The notes under the pieces were generated by a model that saw only the letters and a list, made by a program, of their open reading frames with translations, made no database searches and was not told where the DNA came from. The position numbers were made by a program, and so were the translations under genes. Below, in pieces: positions 1 through 13,800 of a DNA stretch of 64,000 nt; positions within the stretch are counted from its first letter, which is position 1; each line of letters opens with the position of its first letter. The stretch comes from Squalus acanthias (lineage: Eukaryota): contig JASTWF010000349.1 in NCBI GenBank assembly GCA_030390025.1, positions 124,001 to 188,000 of the forward strand. Reading direction: 5' to 3'.

Positions 1-2226
1 TGAATTTAAATAAAGGAAACTATGATGGTATGAGGCGCGTATTGGCTATGATGGATTGGGGAACGTTACTTAAAGGGTTGACGGTGGATAGGCAATGGCA
101 AACATTTAAAGATCGCATGGATGAACTACAGAATTTCTTCATCCCTGTTTGGCATAAAAATAAAACAAAAAAGGTGACTCAACCGTGGCTAACAATGGAA
201 ATTAGGGATAGCATAAGATCCAAGGAGAGGACATATAAATTGGCCAGAAAAAGCAGCAAACCTGAGGATTGGGAGCAGTTTAGGATTCAGCAAAGGAGGA
301 CAAAGGGATTAATTAAGAGGGGGAAAATAGAGTGTGAGAGTAAGCTTTCAGGGAACATAAAAACTGACTGTAAAAGCTTCCATAGATATGTGAAGAGAAA
401 AAGATTGGTGAAGTCAAGCGTAGGTCTCTTGCAGTCAGAATCAGGGGAATTTATAATGGGGTACAAAGAAATGGCTGACCAATTAAATACATACTTTGGT
501 TCTGTCTTCACAAAGGAGGACATAAATAACCTCCCAGAGATGTCGGGGAACATAGGGTCTAATGAGAGAGAAGTACTGAATGAAATCAGTATTTGTAGGG
601 AAATGGTGTTCGGGAAATTGACGGGATTGAAGGCCGATAAATCCCCAGGGCCTGATAATCTACATCCTAGGGTACTTAAGGAAGTGGCCCTAGAAATAGT
701 AGATGCATTGCTGGTCATCTTCCAAAATTCTTTAGTCTCTGGAACAGTTCCCATGGATTGGAGGGTAGCTAATGTAACCCCACTATTTAAAAAAGGTGGG
801 AGAGAGAAAACAGGGAATTTTCGACTGGTAAGCCTGACATCGGTAGTGGGGAAAATGCTAGAGTCCATTATAAAAGATGTAATAGCAGAGCACTTGGAAA
901 ACAGTGACAGGATCGGACAAAGTCAACATGGATTTACAAAAGGTAAATCATGCTTGACTAATCTACTGGAATTTTTTTGAGGATGTAACTGGTAGAATAG
1001 ATAAGGGAGAAACAGTGGATGTGGTGTATTTGGACTTTCAGAAGGCTTTCGATAAGGTCCCGCATAAGAGATTAGCATGCAAAGTTAAAGCACATGGGAT
1101 TGGGGGTAAGGTACTGACTTGGATAGAGAACTGATTGGCAGACAGGAAGCAAAGAGTTGGAATAAACGGGTCTTTTTCCGAGTGGCAGGCAGTGACTAGT
1201 GGGGTACCACAGGGATCGGTGCTAGGACCCCAGTTATTTACAATATATATTAATGATCTAGACGAGGGAAGTAGATGTAATATCTCCAAGTTTGCAGACG
1301 ACACAAAGCTGGGTGGGCGTGTGTGTTGTGAGGAGGATGCAGAGAAACTCCAGTATGATTTGGACAAGTTGGATGATTGGGCAGATGCATGACAGATGCA
1401 GTATAATGTGGATAAATGTGAGGTTATCCACTTTGGTGGCAAAAACAGGAAGGCAGATTATTATCTGAACGGCAATAGATTGGGAAAAGGGGAAGTGCAA
1501 CGAGACCTGGGTGTCCTTGTGCACCAGTCGTTGAAGGTAAGCATGCAGGTGCAGCAGGCGGTTAAGAAGGCAAATGGTATGTTGGCCTTCATAGCGAGAG
1601 GATTCGAGTGCAGGAGCAAGGATGTCTTGCTGCAGTTGTACAGGGCCTTGGTGAGACCACACCTTGAGTACTGTGTGCAGTTTTGGTCGCCTTATCTGAG
1701 GAAGGATGTTCTTGCCATGGAGGAAGTGCAGCGAAGATTTACGAGACTGATACCTGGGATGGCAGGAATGACGTATGAAGAGAGATTGGGTCAATTGAGC
1801 TTGTATTCGCTAGAGTTTAGAAGAATGAGAGGGGATCTCATTGAAACTTATAAAATTCTAACAGGACTAGACAGACTAGATGCAGGAAGGATGTTCCCGA
1901 TGGCGGGGGAGTCCAGAACCAGAGGTCACAGTCTAAGGGTAAGGGGTAAGCCATTTAGGACTGAGATGAGAAGGAATTTCTTCACCCAGAGAGTGGTGAA
2001 CCTGTGGAATTCTCTACCACAGAAGGCAGTTGAGGCCAATTCATTAAATATATTCAAGAAGGAGCTAGATATATTTCTTAAGGCTAAAGGGATCAAGGGA
2101 TATGGGGAGAAAGCAGGGACAGGGTACTGAATTTGGATGATCAGCCATGATCTCATTAAATGGCGGAGCAGGCTCGAGGGGCCGAATGGCCTACTCCTGC
2201 TCCTATCTTCTATGTTTCTATGTTTC
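1..2226 (+). mobile_element. CR1-clade LINE, 3' part (ORF2 RT domain, 3' UTR and tail), inactivated
   Basis: ORF pieces 30-980, 1135-1392 and 1396-2130 carry CR1 RT motifs ([36 protein letters not shown]). They are broken by a frameshift in a T-run near 975 and TGA stops at 1132 and 1390. The element ends in a (TCTATGTT)n tail. Confidence 0.95.
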
Positions 2227-2936
2227 ATACAGACACACATTGATTTGCCCCTGTTGTCAGATCTGAAAATATTCTACAGCAAGTCTGAGTACCCTCAATT
2301 CAAAGCGGTTGGTTGATTGGGTGGACTCTTCATTGTCCCTGTGCCTGAGCGAGCACCAATCCGGAGACACCCACTCACTAGGGATTAGTTAGACAGTCAG
2401 AAGTGCTATCACTGGGTGAGTCACTGAACAATAGTGAGATTGAGGACCTGGGAGTGGAAGAGAGGGGGAGTGCCGTTTCTCCAAGGACGGGGGGTAAAAT
2501 GACCACCCTCAGCCCAGATCTCGGGGACCTCAGTGTTCAAAAGATGAACGATTCAGGAGCATCGATCTCACGTGCAGGCAGTGGAAAGTTTCCATGTGGT
2601 TGTGATGTTGGAAAAATGTGAGGAGTCCAGTACCCATATCTGCAGCATATTGCAGGAAGTACCTCATCACCTGCAGGACACCCTGGAGATGGAGAGTGCC
2701 CAGGAGACTGCTGCAGTATCAAGACGTCAGGAAGAGTGTCTCAGGATGGTGTTGGCTTCCACAGCGGCAGCTATCAATGTCCAATGGATGCCTTCAGGGT
2801 CAGCCAGAATGCCACACTTGCACAAGGCTTCCAAGACCTCACTGGGACTATACGGTCTGTGATGACACCAACCAGTAGGGCCTCTTAGCCAGCGCACACC
2901 ACCAGTGAACTGTAAGAAATGGGTGCAGAAGTCACT

Positions 2937-4470
2937 GGGCTAGAAATTCAGCTCTGTAGCGCCCGTTATTTGGGCACTATGGGTGCTGTTTTGTGTCCAA
3001 AATGGCGTCCGAGCAGCGCGCACACACTTCTGGTGTGGGCCGCGCCGGACGGCATTTTGATAAGGACATTAGCGTTGGCGTTGGAAGCCTGCGCCATTAG
3101 TATCCAGAGTAGGCAGATCGTAATGTCAATCAGTGTGTAACGCTGATTTGACGCCAGTGCTGCCATTTTCGACCTCAACACTGGAGCTAACGCCCTCTCT
3201 TAACCTCGCACAGCTGAGCCTGCGTTCAGCAGCAGGAAGGACCCGCACCAGCGCTATTTAAAGGGAACATCACCTACTTGCAGGTTAGTTGCTGATTGAT
3301 TTCTACTGGCTGTTGCTGAGTTTGTACAAGTGTTTGGTGCTTTTTAGACTTCTTTAAAGTTGCCTAAAGTTGACAAGGAGTTGTGTGGCACATGCTCAAG
3401 GACTTGGTACTGACTTGCAAGGGGCCTGCTCAGACCAGTTACTCCCAGACAGTGGTGCAGTAGTGTGAATCCCCCTTGGCCTGCAGCATGAGAGGGAGAA
3501 TGAGCAGAGGCTGCACAGAGCAGGACAAGCTGCTAGAAGAGGCAGGAGGAGGAAGGGGAGAAGGGCTCTCAGCAGGAGGCCATATCCACCCAGGGTTTTC
3601 AGGGAGCAATTCTCCGAGCTCAGCCTCAGCGAGGAACAGTGCATGCAGCGTCTTTGTTTGACGAAGGAGGTGCTAACAGAAATCTGCCACCTGCTGCAGA
3701 CAGACCTGCAGCCTCAGTCCAGGGCGCGGATGGCATTGCCAGGTAACTGTGGCCTTAAACTTCTTCACATTGGGCTCCTTCCAGGCTGGAGCAGGCAACA
3801 TCTGTAACATCTCCCAGTTCACCATCCACTCCTGTATAAGGGAGTGAGTGAGACTGTGTATGCAAGGAGAGCTGAATACATTTCATTCTCTTGCCAGAGA
3901 GCAGCAGATGGAGCGAGCACGCGGCTTTGCCAGGATAGCAGGCTTCCCCATGGTGCAGGGTGCCATTGACTGCACACACGTCGCTTTGCAGGCACCGCAT
4001 GTGAATTTGGAGATTCCCGGAAGGGATTCCACTCCCTCAATGTCCAGCTGGTGTGCGACAATGCTCAGCGCATCATGCAGGTCAATGCTCGGTATCCTGG
4101 CAGCAGCCATGGTGCCTTCATTCTGCGGCAGTCCGCTGTCCCATCTGCATTTGAGCCACCACGACAAACCAGAGGGTGGCAACTAGGCGAGAAGGGCGCT
4201 CCGCTGACCACCTGGCTCATGACTCCGCTGCGCTACCCAACCATGCGTGGGCAGCATACATATAACGAAAGCCATGCTGGCACACAATAGAGCAGACCAT
4301 TGGCATCCTCAAACAACGCTTCCGCTGCCTGGACCACACTGGAGGAGCCCTGCAGTACTCACCAGAGCATGTCTCAAGATTCGTCATGGTCTGCTGCATG
4401 CTCCACAACCTCGCCACCATGCGGGCACAGCCCTTATACTGCAACTGGAGGGTGGGGGGAGAAGGAGGAT
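2937..4470 (+). mobile_element. PIF/Harbinger DNA transposon, decayed, right end missing
   Basis: Starts with the TIR-like GGGCTAGAAATTC at 2937 and contains a fragmented Harbinger transposase. No matching right TIR was seen, so the right boundary is approximate. Confidence 0.85.
3451..4435 (+). pseudogene. Harbinger (HARBI1-like, DDE_Tnp_4) transposase pseudogene
   Basis: Motifs GFPMVQGAIDCTHV, GFHSLNVQLVCD, NARYPGSSH, WLMTP, YNESH, LKQRFRCLD and CCMLHNL are spread over several frames. Expected acidic catalytic positions are altered (SSHG, LGEKG). Confidence 0.9.
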
Positions 4471-7042
4471 TTAGGTCTGAGCATACCATCATCTTCAATG
4501 CTTTCAGTGCTGCTACTGGCCACAGCCTCAGTCATGGTCATTCCAATGACTTAAAACTTAAAACACACTTAAATGCTTAAACACAGGTTGGGGAACACAC
4601 GGTACAGGCGAGGGAGAATTACAATATACAAAAACCCTTAAACCTCCCAATCCCACTTCACTAGCTAGGTTGGACTCTGGAGAACCAGGGATAATGCTCA
4701 CCAAACGAATCCTTGACAGTTGAGAGTTAGGGTTTGGAGTCTTTGGAGTAAAAGGTTTCATAAGGCGCTTGCTGCCGCGAGGTGTCCGATGGTCACTGAG
4801 GCAGTCGCTCTGGTCTCTTGAACTGCTGGCCTTCTTTGTTGAACTTCTTTCTGCTGAACTCTGCCTCTGTTTAAACTGTCTTCTTGCAGAACTGTGGAAC
4901 TCCTTGCTGCTTCTCTCCTCCTCCTGCTCGTGTCGTGTGGCTCCTGTAGTGGTGAGTAACTTGCTGTGTCTTGCTGTAACTAACTTTCTTGGAGGATAAG
5001 GCCCTCAATTATACTGTTCAGGCCTATTGTATTTTTCGCGCCAATGTCTGCTAATAAGCAGACTCCAGACAATGTCTGGTAATAAGCAGAATCCAGACAA
5101 TGTCTGGTAATAAGCAGAATCCAGACCAATGTCTGGTAATAAGCAGAATCCAGACCAATGTCTGGTATTAAGCAGAATCTAGACCTACATCTGGTAATAA
5201 GCAGAATCTAGACCTACATCTGGTAATAAGCAGAATCTAGACCTACGTCTGGTAATAAGCAGAATCCAGACCTACGTCTGGTAATAAGCAGAATCCAGAC
5301 AATGTCTGGTAATAAGCAGAATCCAGACAATGTCTGGTAATAAGCAGAATCCAGACAATGTCTGGTAATAAGCAGAATCCAGACCAACGTCTGGTAATAA
5401 GCAGAATCCAGACAATGTCTGGTAATAAGCAGAATCCAGACAGTGTCTGGTAATAAGCAGAATCCAGATAATGTCTGGTAATAAGCAGAAGCCAGACAAT
5501 GTCTGGTAATAAGCAGAATCCAGACATGTCTGGTAATAAGCAGAATCCAGATAATGACTGGTAATAAGCAGAAGCCAGACAATGTCTGGTAATAAGCAGA
5601 ATCCAGATAATGTCTGGTAATAAGCAGAATCCAGACAGTGTCTGGTAATAAGCAGAATCCAGATAATATCTGGTAATAAGCAGAAGCCAGACAATGTCTG
5701 GTAATAAGCAGAATCCAGACCAATGTCTGGTAATAAGCAGAATCCAGACCCATGTCTGGTAATAAGCAGAATCCAGATCAATGTCTGGTAATAAGCAGAA
5801 TCCAGACACATGTCTGGGAATAAGCAGATTCCAGAGAATGTCTGGTAATAAGCAGAATCCAGACCCATGTCTGGTAATAAGCAGAATCCAGACCAATGTC
5901 TGGTAATAAGCAGAATCCAGACCCATGTCTGGTAATAAGCAGAATCCAGACACATGTCTGGGAATAAGCCTAACCCAGATGAATATCTGATAATAAGCAG
6001 AATCCAGATCAAACTCTGCTAATAAGCAGAATCCAGACAATGTCTGCTAATAAGCAGAATCCAGACCAAAGTCTGATAATAAACAGAATCCAGACAATGT
6101 CTATTAATAAGCAGAATCCAGACAATGTCTGGTAATTAGCAGAATCCAGACAACGTCTGGTAATAAGCAGAATCCAGACAATGTCTGGTAATAAGCAGAA
6201 TCCAGACCAACATCTGGTATTAAGCAGAATCTAGACCTACGTCTGGTAATAAGCAGAATCTAGACCTACGTCTGGTAATAAGCAGAATCTAGACCTATGT
6301 CTGGTAATAAGCAGAATCCATACAATGTCTGGTAATAAGCAGAATCCAGACCAACGTCTGGTATTAAGCAGAATCTGGAACTACGTCTGGTAATAAGCAG
6401 AATCTAGACCTATGTCTGGTAATAAGCAGAATCCATACAATGTTTGGTAATAAGCAGAATCCAGAAAATGTCTGGTAATAAGCAGAATCCAGACAATGTC
6501 TGGTAATAAGCAGAATCCAGACAGTGTCTGGTAATAAGCAGAATCCAGATAATGTCTGGTAATAAGCAGAAGCCAGACAATGTCTGGTAATAAGCAGAAT
6601 CCAGACCAACATCTGGTAATAAGCAGAATCCAGACCAATGTCTGGTAATAAGCAGAATCCAGACCTATGTCTGGTAATACGCAGAATCCAGACCAACGTC
6701 TGGTAATAAGCAGAATCCAGACCAACGTCTGGGAATTAGCAGAATCCAGATGAATATCTGGTAATAAGCAGAATCTAGGTCAATGTCTGGGAATAAGCAG
6801 AATCCAGACACATGTCTGGTAATTAGCAGAATCCAGATGAATATCTGGTAATAAGCAGAATCTTGGTCAATGTCTGGGAATAAGCAGAATCCAGACACAT
6901 GTCTGGGAATTAGCAGAATCCAGATGAATATCTGGTAATAAGCAGAATCTAGGTCAATGTCTGGTAATAAGCAGAATCCAGACAACATCTGCAAATAAGC
7001 AGAATCCATACAATGTTTGGTAATATGCAGAATCGAGACAAT

Positions 7043-7802
7043 GGCCCAAAAATTCGGCCGAGACCGGGTGAGTACGCATTGTGTACTCACCCGTATTCGT
7101 TCCAGCAGTGCCGGTTTCCTGCATGCACTGCGCATGCGCGGGAAACCGGCACTTCCGATATTGTGAAGGGGGCGGTTCCTTGGTGAACCGCGTGCGCACT
7201 ACAGGCTGTGCGCACGCAGCACACTTAGGTTTTTTTTCAGGTTTCAACGCGAGGGTAAGTATGGAAGATTCTACACAAGTAATAAGGAGGCGTAAGAACC
7301 CTTTTGAACAAGGCAAGTAGTTAATTAAGTATAATTTAAAAAAAATTTCAACAAGTTTATCTTTTTTAGAGACTTTAAAGAAAGGTAAGTTTATTTTTAT
7401 AAATTAAACTTTTTTTTAACTTTTTCAAAAATTTAAATTTTTGTTTCATGTGGTTAATTTATTTAACTATAGTTATTTTATTAATGTGATGGTTTTTTTT
7501 AAAATTTATTTGAGGTTTAGCTGTTCTTTTGGGGCCGATTTCAATTCATAGATTTGACAGGTCTCCTGTCAAATCTATGAATGAAAGATGGTCTGCTGCC
7601 ATTGGCTCTCCATGGCCCACGTGATCCCAGAGGTCGCATCGCACTAACTGCGCCCCTGGGACACGCACACTGCGCGCCGGCACTAGGGAGAGGCCCAGGA
7701 CCCGAAGTTCCTGCGGGGGCAAACAAGGACGGCAGACGCGGTAAGTGATATCGCGCTCGATCCATACCCCCGCAGCAAGCCTCCGAGTCAAATTTCTGGG
7801 CC
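7043..7802. mobile_element. Non-autonomous Harbinger-type MITE inserted in the satellite
   Basis: TIRs are GGCCCAAAAATT (7043) and AATTTCTGGGCC (ending 7802), similar to the Harbinger end at 2937. It sits after AAT of a satellite unit with 3 extra bases on the right (an imperfect 3-bp TSD). It has no convincing coding ORF and an AT-rich centre. Confidence 0.85.
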
Positions 7803-10800
7803 GACGTCTGGTAATAAGTAGAATTCAGACGAATGTCTGGTACAAGCAGAGAATTCAGACAATGTCTGGTAATAAGCAGAATGCAGAACAATGTCTGGTA
7901 ATAAGCAGAATCCAGACACATGTCTGGGAATAAGCAGAATCCAGCCAAATATCTGGTAATAAGCAGAATCCGGACCAACGTCTGCTAATAAGCAGAATCC
8001 AGACAATGTCTGGTAATATGCAGAATCCAGACAATGTCTGGTAATAAGCAGAATCCAGACAATGTCTGGTAATATGTAGAATCCAGACAATGTTTGGTAA
8101 TATACAGAATCCAGACAATGTCTGGTAATAAGCAGAATCCAGACAATGTCTGGTAATACACAGAATCCAGACAATGTCTGGTAATAGGCAGAATGCAGAC
8201 AATGTCTGGTAATAAGCAGAATGCAGACCAATGTCTGGTGATAGGCAGAATCCAGAAAATGTCTGGTAATAGGCAGAATCCAGACAATGTCTGGAAAAAG
8301 CAGATCCAGACAAAGTCTGCAATAAGCAGAATCCAGACAATGTCTGGTAATAAGCAGAATCCAGACAATGTCTGGTAATAAGCAGAATCCAGACAATGTC
8401 TGGTAATAAGCAGAATCCAGACAATGTCTGGTAATAAGCAGAATCCAGACCAATGTCTGGTAATAAGCAGAATCCAGACAATGTCTGGTAATAAGCAGAA
8501 TCCAGACAATGTCTGGTAATAAGCAGAATCCAGACAATGTCTGGTAATAAGCAGAATCCAGACAATGTCTGGTAATAAGCAGAATCCAGACAATGTCTGG
8601 TAATAAGCAGAATCCAGACAATGTCTGGTAATAAGCAGAATCCAGACAATGTCTGGTAATAAGCAGAATCCAGACAATGTCTGGTAATAAGCAGAATCCA
8701 GACAATGTCTGGTAATAAGCAGAATCCAGACAATGTCTGGTAATAAGCAGAATCCAGACAATGTCTGGTAATAAGCAGAATCTAGACATACGTCTGGTAA
8801 TAAGCAGAATCCAGACAATGTCTGGTAATAAGCAGAATCCAGACAATGTCTGGTAATAAGCAGAATCCAGACAATGTCTGGTAATAAGCAGAATCCAGAC
8901 AATGTCTGGTAATAAGCAGAATCCAGACAATGTCTGGTAATAAGCAGAATCCAGACAATGTCTGGTAATAAGCAGAATCCAGACAATGTCTGGTAATAAG
9001 CAGAATCCAGACAATGTCTGGTAATAAGCAGAATCCAGACAATGTCTGGTAATAAGCAGAATCCAGACAATGTCTGGTAATAAGCAGAATCCAGACCAAT
9101 GTCTGATAATAAGCAGAATCCAGACAATGTCTAGTAATAAGCAGAATCCAGACAATGTCTGGTAATAAGCAGAATCCAGACAACGTCTGGTAATAAGCAG
9201 AATCCAGACAATGTCTGGTAATAAGCAGAATCCAGACAATGTCTGGTAATAAGCAGAATCCAGACCAATGTCTGGTAATAAGCAGAATCCAGACAACGTC
9301 TGGTAATAAGCAGAATCCAGACCAATGTCTGGTAATAAGCAGAATCCAGACAATGTCTGTAATAAGCAGAATCCAGACAATGTCTGGTAATAAGCAGAAT
9401 CCAGACAATGTCTGGTAATAAGCAGAATCCAGACAATGTCTGGTAATAAGCAGAATCCAGACCAACGTCTGGTAATAAGCAGAATCCAGACAATGTCTGG
9501 TAATAAGCAGAATCCAGACAATGTCTGGTAATAAGCAGAATCCAGACCAATGTCTGGTAATAAGCAGAATCCAGACAATGTCTGGTAATAAGCAGAATCC
9601 AGACAATGTCTGGTAATAAGCAGAATCCAGACAATGTCTGGTAATAAGCAGAATCCAGACCAACGTCTGGTAATAAGCAGAATCCAGACAATGTCTGGTA
9701 ATAAGCAGAATCCAGACAATGTCTGGTAATAAGCAGAATCCAGACAATGTCTGGTAATAAGCAGAATCCAGACAATGTCTGGTAATAAGCAGAATCCAGA
9801 CAATGTCTGGTAATAAGCAGAATCCAGACAATGTCTGGTAATAAGCAGAATCCAGACAATGTCTGGTAATAAGCAGAATCCAGACAACTGTCTGGTAATA
9901 AGCAGAATCCAGACAATGTCTGGTAATAAGCAGAATCCAGACAATGTCTGGTAATAAGCAGAATCCAGACAATGTCTGGTAATAAGCAGAATCCAGACAA
10001 TGTCTGGTAATAAGCAGAATCCAGACAATGTCTGGTAATAAGCAGAATCCAGACAATGTCTGGTAATAAGCAGAATCCAGACAATGTCTGGTAATAAGCA
10101 GAATCCAGACAATGTCTGGTAATAAGCAGAATCCAGACAATGTCTGGTAATAAGCAGAATCCAGACAATGTCTGGTAATAAGCAGAATCCAGACAATGTC
10201 TGGTAATAAGCAGAATCCAGACAATGTCTGGTAATAAGCAGAATCCAGACAATGTCTGGTAATAAGCAGAATCCAGACAATGTCTGGTAATAAGCAGAAT
10301 CCAGACAATGTCTGGTAATAAGCAGAATCCAGACAATGTCTGGTAATAAGCAGAATCCAGACAATGTCTGGTAATAAGCAGAATCCAGACCAACTGTCTG
10401 GTAATAAGCAGAATCCAGACAATGTCTGGTAATAAGCAGAATCCAGACAATGTCTGGTAATAAGCAGAATCCAGACAATGTCTGGTAATAAGCAGAATCC
10501 AGACAATGTCTGGTAATAAGCAGAATCCAGACAATGTCTGGTAATAAGCAGAATCCAGACAATGTCTGGTAATAAGCAGAATCCAGACAATGTCTGGTAA
10601 TAAGCAGAATCCAGACAATGTCTGGTAATAAGCAGAATCCAGACAATGTCTGGTAATAAGCAGAATCCAGACAATGTCTGGTAATAAGCAGAATCCAGAC
10701 CAATGTCTGGTAATAAGCAGAATCCAGACAATGTCTGGTAATAAGCAGAATCCAGACAATGTCTGGTAATAAGCAGAATCCAGACAATGTCTGGTAATAA

Positions 10801-13800
10801 GCAGAATCCAGACAATGTCTGGTAATAAGCAGAATCCAGACAATGTCTGGTAATAAGCAGAATCCAGACAATGTCTGGTAATAAGCAGAATCCAGACAAT
10901 GTCTGGTAATAAGCAGAATCCAGACAATGTCTGGTAATAAGCAGAATCCAGACAATGTCTGGTAATAAGCAGAATCCAGACAATGTCTGGTAATAAGCAG
11001 AATCCAGACAATGTCTGGTAATAAGCAGAATCCAGACAATGTCTGGTAATAAGCAGAATCCAGACAATGTCTGGTAATAAGCAGAATCCAGACAATGTCT
11101 GGTAATAAGCAGAATCCAGACAATGTCTGGTAATAAGCAGAATCCAGACAATGTCTGGTAATAAGCAGAATCCAGACAATGTCTGGTAATAAGCAGAATC
11201 CAGACAATGTCTGGTAATAAGCAGAATCCAGACAATGTCTGGTAATAAGCAGAATCCAGACAATGTCTGGTAATAAGCAGAATCCAGACAATGTCTGGTA
11301 ATAAGCAGAATCCAGACAATGTCTGGTAATAAGCAGAATCCAGACAATGTCTGGTAATAAGCAGAATCCAGACCAATGTCTGGTAATAAGCAGAATCCAG
11401 ACAATGTCTGGTAATAAGCAGAATCCAGACAATGTCTGGTAATAAGCAGAATCCAGACAATGTCTGGTAATAAGCAGAATCCAGACAATGTCTGGTAATA
11501 AGCAGAATCCAGACAATGTCTGGTAATATGCAGAATCTAGACCTACATCTGGTAATAAGCAGAATCCAGACAATGTCTGCTAATAAGCAGAATCCAGACC
11601 AATGTCTGATAATAAACAGAATCCAGACAATGTCTATTAATAAGCAGAATCCAGACAATGTCTGGTAATAAGCAGAATCCAGACAATGTCTGGTAATAAG
11701 CAGAATCCAGACAATGTCTGGTAATAAGCAGAATCCAGACAATGTCTGGTAATAAGCAGAATCCAGACAATTCTGGTAATAAGCAGAATCCAGACCAATG
11801 TCTGGTAATAAGCAGAATCCAGACAATGTCTGGTAATAAGCAGAATCCAGACAATGTCTGGTAATAAGCAGAATCCAGACAATGTCTGGTAATAAGCAGA
11901 ATCCAGACAATGTCTGGTAATAAGCAGAATCCAGACAATGTCTGGTAATAAGCAGAATCCAGACCAATGTCTGGTAATAAGCAGAATCCAGACAATGTCT
12001 GGTAATAAGCAGAATCCAGACAATGTCTGGTAATAAGCAGAATCCAGACAATGTCTGGTAATAAGCAGAATCCAGACAATGTCTGGTAATAAGCAGAATC
12101 CAGACAATGTCTGGGAATAAGCAGAATCCAGACACATGTCTGGTAATAAGCAGAATCCAGACAATGTCTGGTAATAAGCAGAATCCAGACCAACTGTCTG
12201 GTAATAAGCAGAATCCAGACAATGTCTGGTAATAAGCAGAATCCAGACAATGTCTGGTAATAAGCAGAATCCAGACAATGTCTGGTAATAAGCAGAATCC
12301 AGACAATGTCTGGTAATAAGCAGAATCCAGACAATGTCTGGTAATAAGCAGAATCCAGACAATGTCTGGTAATAAGCAGAATCCAGACAATGTCTGGTAA
12401 TAAGCAGAATCCAGACACATGTCTGGGAATAAGCAGAATCCAGACGAATATCTGGTAATAAGCAGAATCCAGACCAACGTCTGCTAATAAGCAGAATCCA
12501 GACAATGTCTGGTAATAAGCAGAATCCAGACAATGTCTGGTAATAAGCAGAATCCAGACAATGTCTGGTAATAAGCAGAATCCAGACAATGTCTGGTAAT
12601 AAGCAGAATCCAGACAATGTCTGGTAATAAGCAGAATCCAGACAATGTCTGGTAATAAGCAGAATCCAGACAATGTCTGGTAATAAGCAGAATCCAGACA
12701 ATGTCTGGTAATAAGCAGAATCCAGACACATGTCTGGGAATAAGCAGAATCCAGACGAATATCTGGTAATAAGCAGAATCCAGACAACGTCTGGTAATAA
12801 GCAGAATCCAGACAATGTCTGGTAATAAGCAGAATCCAGACAATGTCTGGTAATAAGCAGAATCCAGACCAACGTCTGGTAATAAGCAGAATCCAGACAA
12901 TGTCTGGTAATAAGCAGAATCCAGACAATGTCTGGTAATAAGCAGAATCCAGACAATGTCTGGTAATAAGCAGAATCCAGACAATGTCTGGTAATAAGCA
13001 GAATCCAGACAATGTCTGGTAATAAGCAGAATCCAGACAATGTCTGGTAATAAGCAGAATCCAGACAATGTCTGGTAATAAGCAGAATCCAGACAATGTC
13101 TGGTAATAAGCAGAATCCAGACAATGTCTGGTAATAAGCAGAATCCAGACAATGTCTGGTAATAAGCAGAATCCAGACAATGTCTGGTAATAAGCAGAAT
13201 CCAGACAATGTCTGGTAATAAGCAGAATCCAGACAATGTCTGGTAATAAGCAGAATCCAGACAATGTCTGGTAATAAGCAGAATCCAGACAATATCTGGT
13301 AATAAGCAGAATCCAGACAATGTCTGATAATAAGCAGAATCCAGGCAATGTCTGGTAATAGGCAGAATCCAGACAATGTCTGGTAATAAGCAGAATCCAG
13401 ACAATGTCTGGTAATAAGCAGAATCCAGACAATGTCTGGTAATAAGCAGAATCCAGACAATGTCTGGTAATAAGCAGAATCCAGACAATGTCTGGTAATA
13501 AGCAGAATCCAGACAATGTCTGGTAATAAGCAGAATCCAGACCAATGTCTGGTAATAAGCAGAATCCAGACAATGTCTGGTAATAAGCAGAATCCAGACA
13601 ATGTCTGGTAATAAGCAGAATCCAGACAACGTCTGGTAATAAGCAGAATCCAGACAATGTCTGGTAATAAGCAGAATCCAGACAATGTCTGGTAATAAGC
13701 AGAATCCAGACAACGTCTGGTAATAAGCAGAATCCAGACAATGTCTGGTAATAAGCAGAATCCAGACAATGTCTGGTAATAAGCAGAATCCAGACAATGT

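Noticed and set aside
2400..2900. Possible Harbinger second-ORF or coiled-coil remnant (2572-2862)
   Set aside because: No recognisable motif, so it cannot be assigned without a search.
3451..4435. Domesticated HARBI1 host gene
   Set aside because: Multiple frameshifts and a TIR-like end indicate a dead transposon copy.
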